A stretch of DNA of 64,000 bases, from NCBI GenBank assembly GCA_000002435.2, contig CM018791.1; one strand, given 5' to 3'. Each line of letters starts with the position of its first letter. Within the stretch, counting starts at the first letter, position 1. Under the pieces are notes generated by a model. The model saw only the letters and a program-made list of their open reading frames with translations, searched no databases and was not told the DNA's origin. Source of the DNA: Giardia intestinalis (lineage: Eukaryota). Positions 16,681 to 26,255 of this stretch are shown in pieces. A program made the translations under genes and the position numbers.

Positions 16681-19605
16681 CTATGCAAATCTGGCTAAAA
16701 GGCTGCGGGTTCCTAATCGAAGTTGATCTGGTGTTGGACAGTTGGCAAAGTCATATGTGCGTGGACTGGATACCGAATCGTCATCTTGTTTGGAATAATA
16801 TGTAATAAAGTAGTACAAGTGTGATGGGTGTTCGAACTCTGTCAGGCATTGGTGCAGCTGCTCAAAGCCCTCCTCCGTGGGCTCTCCTCTCATCAAGAAG
16901 CAAATACCTATAATACCTACAACTACGTTCATGCCCGCCCTTAGCTTTTGTAGCAGATGCTGATGGTTAGCAGACAGCTGTTGCGCATCACGAAGCTGCA
17001 GCTCGTAGTAGGACAAGAGAGCATCAACCTTCTCTCCTACATTCGTACACCGTGTAGCCGACAGGACGCTCTGACCCTGATTGAAGGTAGCCTGAGTAAG
17101 AAACCCAATACTTCCCAAAATGGACTGGTAGGAGAATTGAGAGTACTTAGGCAAGAGCTTAGTGAAGTCCACATCAAATGGCTGCGTGCCAAATGGAATC
17201 CGTGGAATGACTTCCGTGACAAGTTGCAGGACATCAGCAACAAGTTCCGAGGTTACACCCAAGCGTAGGTTGAGCTTCTCCAAGGCGTTGCTCAGCTCCA
17301 CACATTGGCCGTAGATATCCAGGAGTTTGTCAAGTATTAGCTCTTCGCTATAGTCTATACCCGTAATTTGGAAGAAGCTCTTGTATCCCAGAAGAAACTC
17401 TATCCCAAGGGGTAGTATTTCCAGAGCAGTTGCCGTAATGTGAAGCTGCATGTCCTGGAAAGAAACAACTACCTGGCCGTGGACTCCTGCAATTATGCAC
17501 ACAGCATTCGGCGACTTCTTCCCCACCTCAGAGAGGATAGATGCAGAGAAGGGCCGCTTAAGTAGGAGCTCATGAAGGGTAGAAAAAGACTCCTTAGGGC
17601 TTATCTTTAAAGAGACCCTTAAGGGTAGATCGGTGGCTTTCGGAAAAACAGAGCTCTCACGAACTAGAGCACTCGAAAACAATGGAAGGGATAGGCTGCG
17701 CGTTACAACAAAGGGTACTGACAGAAGACAGTCCTCTGACGGGATCTTTACATTGGCACAGATGGAAAGATGCAGAGATGGTGAGACAAAGAAGGAAAGA
17801 TCGGAGATCCCTAGCTTGATGTAGACAGTAGCCGGTGCTCCGCTGCCAAGATGCACTATTGTACTTGTTATTGATCTGAAGCATTCTCTATCCCCAAGTT
17901 GAATAAAAGAAGACGGTGGGCCTGCTAGTGGTGCATGGATATCTTTGTTATCAGAGGAAAGAAAAGAGGGATACTCTGCAAGGGACGATAGGTCGGTGAT
18001 GGGCTCCTCATAGCTTCCGCAGCCAGTAACTCCGAGCGTTGCCGAAGGCAATCGACCAGATACAGCTTTAAGTGTTAGTTCTATTATGGTGTAATTTGTG
18101 TTGCCATCCCGATAAAACTTACTGATGCCGCAGTTAACAGTAATGAGCTCATCCAAGCCTGTGCGCATGCTCGCATGCTGGGCTTTTAAAGCGCTTACTC
18201 GCTTCTGGGCTTCCTCCATCAAGGTCTTCGTTACAGCTTGTTTCGGGATAGCAATAGGTGAGAGAAGAGAAGGAAGCAAACTACTGGGTCTTCCATCAAC
18301 GTCCAAGGGGTTGGTCCCAAGGAGGTGAACCTGTATAGATCCACTGCGGGACTGGACCACAAACAAGCCATCCTGGCTACACATCTTTGGAGGACTACGA
18401 GGTACAAACAATTGGGCCATGTATTGCGGAGTATGAACGCCCACAGGCTCGTCGATGCTATCCGATAGCCTAGACGTCCATCTAAGTTCACCTCCGCGGA
18501 AGAAGTGAAGTGTCCTATTGGAGTCTAAGACAACAATTGACGAAATCTCAGGCAAATTGATCCTTCTCTGCCGAATCGGCTGGGAGGTGGACTCCTTTTC
18601 CTTGACTGGAGCTCTGAATAAGGCCATGCTGAATAAGAGCCCATCTGGGAGCTGATTTTCCACGGAAAGCAATCCTGTAGATGCGTTGACAAGTGTTATA
18701 CCGTGTGTGTGCAGAGCGATGACCTCGCCTTCCAGTCCTGAGTCTACTCCGAAGCAGCGGCCGTAGGAAAGTTGCTGAATCCGCTCACCAATGACATAAG
18801 TCCATTGTGGCTTCAGCGGAGAAGAGCGGACGTCCTTGCTTGATTGTGGCACACCGCGCAAAAGGGGGTTTCCCTCATCATTAAATGTACTTGCAGGTCC
18901 AGTTGCATCATGCTCGGTACTACTATTCCATGCTTCACCTCCAGTATCATTCATAACATCTGCACAGGAAAAAGATACAATCGTGTAATCAAACGTGGCT
19001 ATGACCAATGAGTTAGTCCCCGGGCAAAAGGCCATCGGAGTAGGGAAACTGTACATAAGTCCTAGACGGTGGGTGGCCATCACTCTACGGGCACAGATGT
19101 GTAGTATGCCATCGTCTGTCCTTACTGCAAGCCTACTATGATAGAGGGCAGCGCCGGCCTCAGTACTAGGACTTGGCAAGGTGATGACACATGTGGAAAT
19201 TATGTACCTGCTAAAGTGCACCGTACTCACCAGCTCTAAGCCTATATCGCCGTCTTGCAATCTTTTAGGAGTGTAGATACCAATCGAGTGGGGATGAACT
19301 ACCGCCAACTCCAAATTTTCGGGCTTGCTGGCCGCCTCGTCAATGAGCGGGGATGGACCAGTGAAGAAGCCCAACTCAAGGCCCAGAATGGGGTTTTCTG
19401 TCTCGCTAGAAAATACTGTGTTCGTGAGAGTCTCGGACTCGTTACTCTCAGTCCGCAGCACCGTGAGCCGCCCCGCCAGGGATCCGACGACAATCTGAGC
19501 CGAGTTGTTCTTGGCGCGCATCAGATTAAGGACTGCCACTGCCCTAGCATCCACACGCTCCTCCAAGGCGTGAGACCAGCAGGGAACCGTTGAAAAGAGA
19601 GACAT
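16681..19605 (-). CDS. BBS9: BBSome subunit BBS9/PTHB1-like protein (974 aa)
   Basis: ATG verified at 19603-19605. The N-terminal pattern MSLF..W..(30 aa)..IVVGS..G.L....PILGLELG.F.....LAVVHP...IY mirrors the PTHB1 N-terminus as I recall it (MSLFKARDWW...IIVGSFMGYL...PVLQVEVGKF...LAVLHSRKL). Assignment is from memory only. Confidence 0.45.
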   Translation of the reverse strand: MSLFSTVPCWSHALEERVDARAVAVLNLMRAKNNSAQIVVGSLAGRLTVLRTESNESETLTNTVFSSETENPILGLELGFFTGPSPLIDEAASKPENLELAVVHPHSIGIYTPKRLQDGDIGLELVSTVHFSRYIISTCVITLPSPSTEAGAALYHSRLAVRTDDGILHICARRVMATHRLGLMYSFPTPMAFCPGTNSLVIATFDYTIVSFSCADVMNDTGGEAWNSSTEHDATGPASTFNDEGNPLLRGVPQSSKDVRSSPLKPQWTYVIGERIQQLSYGRCFGVDSGLEGEVIALHTHGITLVNASTGLLSVENQLPDGLLFSMALFRAPVKEKESTSQPIRQRRINLPEISSIVVLDSNRTLHFFRGGELRWTSRLSDSIDEPVGVHTPQYMAQLFVPRSPPKMCSQDGLFVVQSRSGSIQVHLLGTNPLDVDGRPSSLLPSLLSPIAIPKQAVTKTLMEEAQKRVSALKAQHASMRTGLDELITVNCGISKFYRDGNTNYTIIELTLKAVSGRLPSATLGVTGCGSYEEPITDLSSLAEYPSFLSSDNKDIHAPLAGPPSSFIQLGDRECFRSITSTIVHLGSGAPATVYIKLGISDLSFFVSPSLHLSICANVKIPSEDCLLSVPFVVTRSLSLPLFSSALVRESSVFPKATDLPLRVSLKISPKESFSTLHELLLKRPFSASILSEVGKKSPNAVCIIAGVHGQVVVSFQDMQLHITATALEILPLGIEFLLGYKSFFQITGIDYSEELILDKLLDIYGQCVELSNALEKLNLRLGVTSELVADVLQLVTEVIPRIPFGTQPFDVDFTKLLPKYSQFSYQSILGSIGFLTQATFNQGQSVLSATRCTNVGEKVDALLSYYELQLRDAQQLSANHQHLLQKLRAGMNVVVGIIGICFLMRGEPTEEGFEQLHQCLTEFEHPSHLYYFITYYSKQDDDSVSSPRTYDFANCPTPDQLRLGTRSLLARFA

Positions 19606-19750
19606 AGTTCTCTGCCCAGGGCCAAAACGAGAAAAGATGAAAAAATATCACATCTGTACCCCAATGTGTAAAAATGTCACGCCATAATGCAAAACCTAAA
19701 TTTTATTTTAAATTCATTTTCAATGCTGCCCGAAAAGCGAGGACGACTCG

Positions 19751-20230
19751 ATGACGCACAGCCAGGGGTACAGGTGTAAGACGCGCTACTGCTTCGCACG
19801 CAAGTTCCGTAGACACGGAATGGCCAACCTGACGACATACAACCGCGTCTACAAGCTCGGCCAGTACGTCAACATCAAGGTGAACGGGGCTTATCACAAG
19901 GGGATGCCCCACCGCTACTACAACGGGCGCACAGGCACAATCTTCAACATCGGGCCGCGTGCCCTCGGTGTCCAGATCCAGAAGCGCGTCCGCGGCCGCA
20001 TCATGCTCAAGCGCATCAATGTGCGTCTGGAGCACGTTCACCCGTCAGACTGCAGGAAGAACCACCTGGAGCGCGTTGCCGCCAACGACGCTGCCCGCAG
20101 GCTCGCGAAGGAGACCGGCCAGCCTGTCCCATGCCTCAAGAGACAAAACGCCCTTCCCAGGGCCGCACACGTGGTCAGCATAGCATCTGCCATCGACATC
20201 ACCCCACTCAAGTATGACGGAGTTTTCTAG
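19751..20230 (+). CDS. RPL21: 60S ribosomal protein L21e
   Basis: MTHSQGYRCKTRYCFARKFRRHG...KRINVRLEHV is colinear with eukaryotic L21e (MTHSKGYRRGTRY..FSRKFRKHG..KRINVRIEHI), and its 159-aa length is typical. AGTAAAT is at 20241-20247. Confidence 0.9.
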   Translation: MTHSQGYRCKTRYCFARKFRRHGMANLTTYNRVYKLGQYVNIKVNGAYHKGMPHRYYNGRTGTIFNIGPRALGVQIQKRVRGRIMLKRINVRLEHVHPSDCRKNHLERVAANDAARRLAKETGQPVPCLKRQNALPRAAHVVSIASAIDITPLKYDGVF

Positions 20231-20240
20231 GCTCCGACGA

Positions 20241-20247
20241 AGTAAAT
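20241..20247 (+). promoter_or_regulatory. AGTAAAT putative polyadenylation signal for RPL21
   Basis: Lies 11 nt after the TAG stop at 20228-20230. Confidence 0.35.
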
Positions 20248-20261
20248 GGCCTGCGGGGCGG

Positions 20262-22076
20262 CTAGTGGAGGCTGGCCTTCCACCGGTTCCTCGACGCGCT
20301 CTCACCGCGCTGCTGGTTTGGGCCGAGGACTACATTCTGTGCCTTCGTGACTTGCTTCCGGGAAGATGGACGGACGATGTGCTGCTCCGGTATGGCTGAG
20401 TCGTTAATGATATTGAACCGCCGCCTTGGAGCCGCCGCAGCCGATTGTGCAGAGTACGCACGTGCCTTGAAGCTGTGAGGAGCGGTCGAGGTGGCAAAGA
20501 AGCTCGGGGATGGATCGTTGGGGTGCATGGACGGAAGAGCAACTCCTGGGGCTGTTAGTGAATTCGGGTTTAGCTCCCCTTCTGGTGTATTTTGAATGCA
20601 CGAAAACGAAGCTGCATACCTACTGAAGGACGCCTCGAGGTTATCTAGTTCGCGATATTGAAGCTGCATCACCTCTAGTGAAGCGGGCCCGGCGGCTGTC
20701 CTTGCTCTGAGCTGGTTAGGTCTGATGGAAGCCCCAGGGAGAAGGCTCTCAGGTGCTATGTCCGATGTGTCTGAGGAGTGATCTGGCAAAGCGTGTTCTT
20801 GGTCATAGCTGTGCACAGAGCTTTCTGCCAGTGTGCTGGATGTGTTGCTTCTGGTGATGTAAACATGTCCCGAACCCTCTGGGCACGAGGCTGGTAGTAT
20901 AGCAGGGTCCTGCTGGCCCCGCGGTGGCTTACTGCTTGTGGTGTGCTTCTGAATTGATGCCGATGTTTTGCCTAGTGAGTTACTCGCCAGAGCACTCATC
21001 TGGAGCCCCGAGCTCCCTTCCTTTGTAGAAACAACGCTGGGACCCACTGGTGTTACGGTAGAGATAGCTGGTTTGGTGAAGGTTGGCGGCGGACTGTGGG
21101 AAAGCTCTACAATCATGGGCTCCACAGTTGGTATAGACTGGATTGGCCCTGCATGAGTCTCCTTTTTCTGACCTGCAACGGACCGTGCACCTGGCGCACA
21201 GAAAGATATAATCGGAGGCCTGCGGTACTCCCGCTGCATCTCAGTAGTGGATGATGGATTGCTCGAAGAAACAGATGTCCTAGCGCACGAATCATGCAGC
21301 CGCTGAAGCTCACCAGCGGTTTCAGCATCAGTGTGGGTAACGACCTGGGTATTCTTTGTACATGCAACTTCCCGAGCGATGGAGCAGGGGTCTCTGTATA
21401 TGGTGAGATCTATTGAGTCATCACATACTTGTGAACTTTGAGAATCTAGCGTTCCACCATCAGTGAGGTGAAAGGTAGCAGATCCTGGGAAAAGGGAACC
21501 GCCGTGAGACCGTGCCCTCTCATATGATGTCCTACGCTCAAGACGACTAGTTCCCCGACCATCAGCAGATCTTTGTGCCAAAAAGGAACTGATAAGGGAG
21601 CAGCCGCTCTTTTGTTGTGCCGCAGACTGCTTCTCTGCCCCTAGTGTGTACCTGCTCAGCACCCGAACAGACACCGGCCGCGGTACACGCGTACGTACTT
21701 CTGGCTTGACATACTCGTCTCCTATGTTGCACAGGGTGGCAGCCTGTGGTAGATGTATGGATCTGTCTCTATCCCATGATGACTTGGGGCCGTCTGCAAT
21801 GCTCAAAAGCACTCTCTGCGGACGGATGTTGGCGCCATCTGGCACATTTGGCAGTAGGTATTCCATACCGCGCACAAATGCACGGCCAGCGTTAGTCTTG
21901 GACGGCAGAATGGAGATGTGGTCCCGCATTTCATTACACAGAATCGGCTGTCCTTTCTTTGGAGCATCAATCTTATCTGATCCTATAGGGCTGTTAACGT
22001 ATGAAATTTTCCTCAATTTTCCAGTCCTATTGCTGGTAGTGCGTAGAGCTTGTGTTGCGATCACTCCTGGATCCAT
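20262..22076 (-). CDS. Ser/Pro/Thr-rich low-complexity hypothetical protein (~604 aa)
   Basis: Track start 22172 is TTG. The first ATG is at 22074-22076 (MDPGVIATQ), preceded by gatttaaaaat. Confidence 0.5.
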   Translation of the reverse strand: MDPGVIATQALRTTSNRTGKLRKISYVNSPIGSDKIDAPKKGQPILCNEMRDHISILPSKTNAGRAFVRGMEYLLPNVPDGANIRPQRVLLSIADGPKSSWDRDRSIHLPQAATLCNIGDEYVKPEVRTRVPRPVSVRVLSRYTLGAEKQSAAQQKSGCSLISSFLAQRSADGRGTSRLERRTSYERARSHGGSLFPGSATFHLTDGGTLDSQSSQVCDDSIDLTIYRDPCSIAREVACTKNTQVVTHTDAETAGELQRLHDSCARTSVSSSNPSSTTEMQREYRRPPIISFCAPGARSVAGQKKETHAGPIQSIPTVEPMIVELSHSPPPTFTKPAISTVTPVGPSVVSTKEGSSGLQMSALASNSLGKTSASIQKHTTSSKPPRGQQDPAILPASCPEGSGHVYITRSNTSSTLAESSVHSYDQEHALPDHSSDTSDIAPESLLPGASIRPNQLRARTAAGPASLEVMQLQYRELDNLEASFSRYAASFSCIQNTPEGELNPNSLTAPGVALPSMHPNDPSPSFFATSTAPHSFKARAYSAQSAAAAPRRRFNIINDSAIPEQHIVRPSSRKQVTKAQNVVLGPNQQRGESASRNRWKASLH

Positions 22077-22181
22077 ATTTTTAAATCTTCTAGACCCTCC
22101 CAAGCAGAGCCCAAAACCCGAAAGTGTGTCTCTGGCTCCCAAAGAGCCAGGTGATAGAGATTTACACGACAAACTAGATAA

Positions 22182-23849
22182 CTAAGCAAAGAAATCAAAA
22201 TTATCTGGATTGCGTTCTATTGGGTCAGGCAATGCAGATTGGTGCTGGCGTGCAGTAGAGTTGAGGGTGTCCATAATTTTGTCATCGATGTCGTCGCTAA
22301 AGTGGTCAAAGTCATCTTTATAGATCTCATCATAATTATCGCCTGCTCCCCGCCGTGACTTAGCTGTATCAATGCGTCTGCTGACTTCCTTGCGGATCTC
22401 GTCTTCGATCACCGCCTTCTCTATATCCTCCTTCTTGAGGTGTACACCCGTCACATCGTACTCGCTACCCTTGCCCGGAGAGACCTGAGATATGTAAGCA
22501 GAGTAGCCCTCCACCAGCTCCACCTGGTCAATGGCACTAGGGGTCTCCACAATGGCAATGCCACCAACACCACCTCTGGATGGCGGAAGGTCCGCTTGGC
22601 GAGGAGGTGTGTTGAGTCCGTTGAGGGGAAGCGGTGGGTCAAAGACGACAGCCTTCAGTCTGCGATCAGGGGAGTACGCTATGTCCGCATCATGCTCTGC
22701 CGCTTCCAGGTATTGATCCTTCGCTGCTCTGTCAAAGGAGGAGCGATCTCTGAACTCAGTAGTGGGTGCGCTGGTTTTCTCGGCGGTCGTAGTTACCTTA
22801 TCCGGTGTGCTTGAAGCAGGATCAGTAAAGGACTGAGGAGCCGAATTCTTTGCGATCGGCGAGGCCTTCTTACTGGGTATGTGGCTTGGTTGCCGAGTTA
22901 CTACAGGTTCCCCATATGGAGAGGTCTGTTGAGGAGTTCTAGTGAGCGAGGCCTCCTTTAGAGTTGCGCTGTGTGCGGTAACCGCGCTCACACTCAGCAT
23001 ATCGGTATTGTACTGGTTGTTTGCCTTTTGTATGAGCTCGTTGACATTCTGCTTGACACCCGGCGCCCCTGCTCTGGCCGCAGGTCGGTCAGAGGTCTTC
23101 CTTTCACTAACATCTTCCCGCACCTCCATCAGTGGCATTCCAATGTCTTTGTACATCTTTTGTAGCTCCGCTGGTGCAACCCCTGCCTGTACAAGCTCCT
23201 CCTGCAGTTTTGAAATCACCTCTATGTTATCGTCTCGTTGCTTGCGTAAATTCTCGATGCTCCGCTGCGCTGCTGCATAGTCCTGGTTCTTCTTCTGAAC
23301 GTCTTGGTGGTGTATTTCGGCACCCTTTGCTAGACTGTCTTCAAATATTGCTTTCTTCTTGGCGTAGTAATCCTTTTCTTTCTGCGCAGCCAGGAGATTC
23401 CTTACGGCGCGGAGCATATCAAGGTCGCGGAGCATATGGTTCCCGGCTTTGTCTGACACGCTTGTATTCGCACTAGAGTCCGGATCTCCATGTATACTCT
23501 CAGAATCCTTACTCCTCCATTCCAGCTCAGCCAGAAGCCGATGTACGTTAGCCTTACCTGTCTCTATCTGCTTTGCAAGCCTGATCATTTCAGTTCGCAG
23601 AGCGGCCTTGCGTGTCTCCGGATCAACATCCTGGAGCCGGAGGAGCTTCTCACTGTTCTTTTCTATGAGGACCTGCTTTTCGCGCAGATGCTGCTTTAGG
23701 CTCTTGATGTCCGTCAGACACGACCTAAACTCCTCCCGCAGCACACCTATGTCATTGGTGTGGCGGACCGACTGGGGAAGGATCTGATGCGGATGTTGTG
23801 CTTTTGTCACCGGTGCATCGCCCTGATGCATGCGAGGCTTTGGCGGCAT
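22182..23849 (-). CDS. coiled-coil protein (~555 aa), hypothetical
   Basis: Track start 23852 is TTG; ATG at 23847-23849 (MPPKPRMHQ). Long heptad-rich central region (LKQHLREKQVLIEKNSEKLLRLQD...). Confidence 0.55.
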   Translation of the reverse strand: MPPKPRMHQGDAPVTKAQHPHQILPQSVRHTNDIGVLREEFRSCLTDIKSLKQHLREKQVLIEKNSEKLLRLQDVDPETRKAALRTEMIRLAKQIETGKANVHRLLAELEWRSKDSESIHGDPDSSANTSVSDKAGNHMLRDLDMLRAVRNLLAAQKEKDYYAKKKAIFEDSLAKGAEIHHQDVQKKNQDYAAAQRSIENLRKQRDDNIEVISKLQEELVQAGVAPAELQKMYKDIGMPLMEVREDVSERKTSDRPAARAGAPGVKQNVNELIQKANNQYNTDMLSVSAVTAHSATLKEASLTRTPQQTSPYGEPVVTRQPSHIPSKKASPIAKNSAPQSFTDPASSTPDKVTTTAEKTSAPTTEFRDRSSFDRAAKDQYLEAAEHDADIAYSPDRRLKAVVFDPPLPLNGLNTPPRQADLPPSRGGVGGIAIVETPSAIDQVELVEGYSAYISQVSPGKGSEYDVTGVHLKKEDIEKAVIEDEIRKEVSRRIDTAKSRRGAGDNYDEIYKDDFDHFSDDIDDKIMDTLNSTARQHQSALPDPIERNPDNFDFFA

Positions 23850-23969
23850 CAATTATGTGCTTTTCTATCTGTGCTATGCAAATGTAATTAAGTATGAAAT
23901 TTGTGTTTTAAATACATTTCAACTATTTTTACACAATCTCAAAACACAAAAGGAAACCCAGAGCGACGA

Positions 23970-25403
23970 ATGCTGAAGAGAGACGAAGAGACAGATGCAG
24001 CCGGCAATCGACGGATGACCCCGAAGGCACTCCGAAAGATCTGTGTTGAAAAGGGAGGGTACGCGACACCGGAGCTCAACGACACCGTGTACTTCCATTA
24101 CAAGGGCTTTTCACGCATCGAAAATCTTGACGCATATGTCGGAGTGAAGGCCTTGTGGCTAGAGGGAAACGGCTTTTTCAAGATTGAAAATCTGGAACCA
24201 CTGCAAAATCTGGTGTGTCTTTTCTTGCAGGAGAACCTGATTTCTAAGGTAGAAAATCTGGATAAGAACCCAACTATCAGGCAGTTAAATCTTGCAACAA
24301 ATCAGATCAGATCAATCGGGGATGGACTTTGCAAGCTCGTCAATCTAGAGACTCTCAATCTCTCCAACAACATGCTAGAGACGGTCGATGACCTCAGAGG
24401 GTTGGTTGAGGCTACTGATCCCGACACGAACGAGCTGGTGCCCGTCTGTCAGAATCTCTCCGTGCTAGACCTATCTAAGAACCGGATTGAGGACCCTGCT
24501 ATAGTAACTATCCTTCAGCGTCTTCCTAATTTGAAGGTTCTTAACCTCATGAACAACAAGATTGTGCGTACAATGGAGCGGTACCGAAAGACGATCATTC
24601 ATGCATGCCCAAAGTTGACATATTTGGACGATCGGCCCGTCTTTGATGATGAGCGTCGCGCAGTCACGGCTTACTTTGCGGGAGGCCCTGAAGCAGAGAT
24701 AGCTGAGAGAAGACTGTGTCTGGCTGAAAAGCGCGCAGAAGAATCTGCACAGTTTGTCTCAATGCGTGCCTTTCTCAATGGCACGTCACGTGACGAGTGC
24801 ATCCAGATAGGCAATCGAGAACGCGAACGCTATATGAAGAGGTTCCACGAAACTGGAGAGGTGGACCAATATGGTGGCCGGAATCACGCTGAGGAGGTCA
24901 CCGCGGCAGATCCCAAGTACCTCTATCCAATTTGGTCTCTTGAGGAGGTCGAGTCTGTTTCTAAGGAGAGCCTCAAATCACGGATAGTGGTGCCCATTCA
25001 ACTACACAGCATGGCAACCGCTTCGGCAAAATCAGAGGATGTCCCCGAGTTGGAAGAGGTCACACTTGATGAAAGTGGCAATGTGGTTACCGTGCCGTTG
25101 GCTAAAGAGGAAGTGGACTCTGCGGGGGATATAACGGATATTGGCTTTGATACAGGCTTAGGCTCAGAGCGCGACTCTGAAGATGTATACTACGACAGTT
25201 TGCCTAGAAACACGCTCGACCCCCTTCCCTCCAAGGCTCTACCTCCTGCCATGGAAGCAGACACTAGTAATAATGACCAGTTCACTTCAAAAGATAAGCT
25301 AGAGCAAGGGCCGTGTGAACCTGTGCCGACGCAAGAGGATGGACCGCCAGCCAACAAACAGGAAGATAAGGAGGACGGATGTGATTTCTCCGAGCCGGAT
25401 TAG
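23970..25403 (+). CDS. DNAAF1: dynein axonemal assembly factor 1 (LRRC50/ODA7) homolog, LRR protein
   Basis: TPELNDTVYFHYKGFSRIENLDAYVGVKALWLEGNGFFKIENLEPLQ...LNLSNNMLETVDDL...LSVLDLSKNRIEDPAIVTILQRLPNLKVLNLMNNKIV...LTYLDDRPVFDDERRA is colinear with human LRRC50 ([44 protein letters not shown]...LTYLDDRPVF). Track start 23901 is TTG. ATG codons are at 23970 (AT-rich upstream) and 24015. Confidence 0.8.
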   Translation: MLKRDEETDAAGNRRMTPKALRKICVEKGGYATPELNDTVYFHYKGFSRIENLDAYVGVKALWLEGNGFFKIENLEPLQNLVCLFLQENLISKVENLDKNPTIRQLNLATNQIRSIGDGLCKLVNLETLNLSNNMLETVDDLRGLVEATDPDTNELVPVCQNLSVLDLSKNRIEDPAIVTILQRLPNLKVLNLMNNKIVRTMERYRKTIIHACPKLTYLDDRPVFDDERRAVTAYFAGGPEAEIAERRLCLAEKRAEESAQFVSMRAFLNGTSRDECIQIGNRERERYMKRFHETGEVDQYGGRNHAEEVTAADPKYLYPIWSLEEVESVSKESLKSRIVVPIQLHSMATASAKSEDVPELEEVTLDESGNVVTVPLAKEEVDSAGDITDIGFDTGLGSERDSEDVYYDSLPRNTLDPLPSKALPPAMEADTSNNDQFTSKDKLEQGPCEPVPTQEDGPPANKQEDKEDGCDFSEPD

Positions 25404-25410
25404 CTGTCGG

Positions 25411-25698
25411 CTATCCTCCGTGAACCATGGACAGGAATGTCACCTTGTCTCCCGCCCTTATTCTGGTATCCTTTGGCAGTACGGTAATATCTTGATCGTT
25501 AATCAATGCGATGATCCCAGGGGCCAGATTGCTCTGAGGACCAGTAAATACGTTCCCATGCTTCTCTAAAAGCTTTGTGGCAACGTAGTCAACGACTTCT
25601 GTGAAGTCAACTGGGTGTGTCACAAGCATTTCGTGGTCGCTCTTCTTCGTTTTGGAGAGCTGCTCCAGGCCTGCCAAGAGCTCGATAGTTATGGACAT
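25411..25698 (-). CDS. URM1: ubiquitin-related modifier 1 (URM1, MoaD/ThiS fold)
   Basis: 95 aa ending in the diglycine ...MVHGG. The GIIALINDQD and AGDKVTF motifs match the URM1 GIITLINDTD...GDIISF...LHGG pattern. ATG verified at 25696-25698 with ccggaattaaaaATG upstream. Confidence 0.85.
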   Translation of the reverse strand: MSITIELLAGLEQLSKTKKSDHEMLVTHPVDFTEVVDYVATKLLEKHGNVFTGPQSNLAPGIIALINDQDITVLPKDTRIRAGDKVTFLSMVHGG

Positions 25699-26255
25699 TT
25701 TTAATTCCGGGCCTGAACGTGGGATTTTTGACCTCTATCTGTCTTGCGGCAATTACAAGCTCTACTACAAACACCGAAGTAGCACTTAGCAAGTGGTCTA
25801 GTATGTTAGTATTACAAAAGATGAACTACAATCCGGGCAACTGGCTTCGATCTCCTCTGCTCGCTGAGGCCATGTACTATGCTTCCTGCAACCGCGAGGT
25901 ACTAGCTCCAGAGAGCAAGGCCCATCAGTACATTCAGAGTCGCCACATACTAACTTTCCAGAGACCTCGAAGACAGTCTCAAAGAAGCGTGTGTGCAGTT
26001 TCCTGTGTCCCAAACCCCCCTCAGCTAGGAGCTCCTATGGTAGCCGACGAGGCCTGGAGGCCCAACCTGAGCTTCTTTGCCTCTTCACTTCCACGCTTTT
26101 TGGGAAACGTGCGCCGAATTCCAGGTGCACTAGACTCTATATTGTTCTCTCCCATCCAGAGGGTTGATCTGCCCCTAAGCGCACCAACAAAAGTAAAGCT
26201 GTGCAGATGAAGACAGCTAACGAGGGTTTATTCACTCACAATCTTGGCCACCGCT

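Noticed and set aside
25719-26210. 163-aa ORF in the long gap after URM1
   Set aside because: It has no AT-rich start context, its composition is not protein-like, and the region is more plausibly non-coding or an ncRNA locus.
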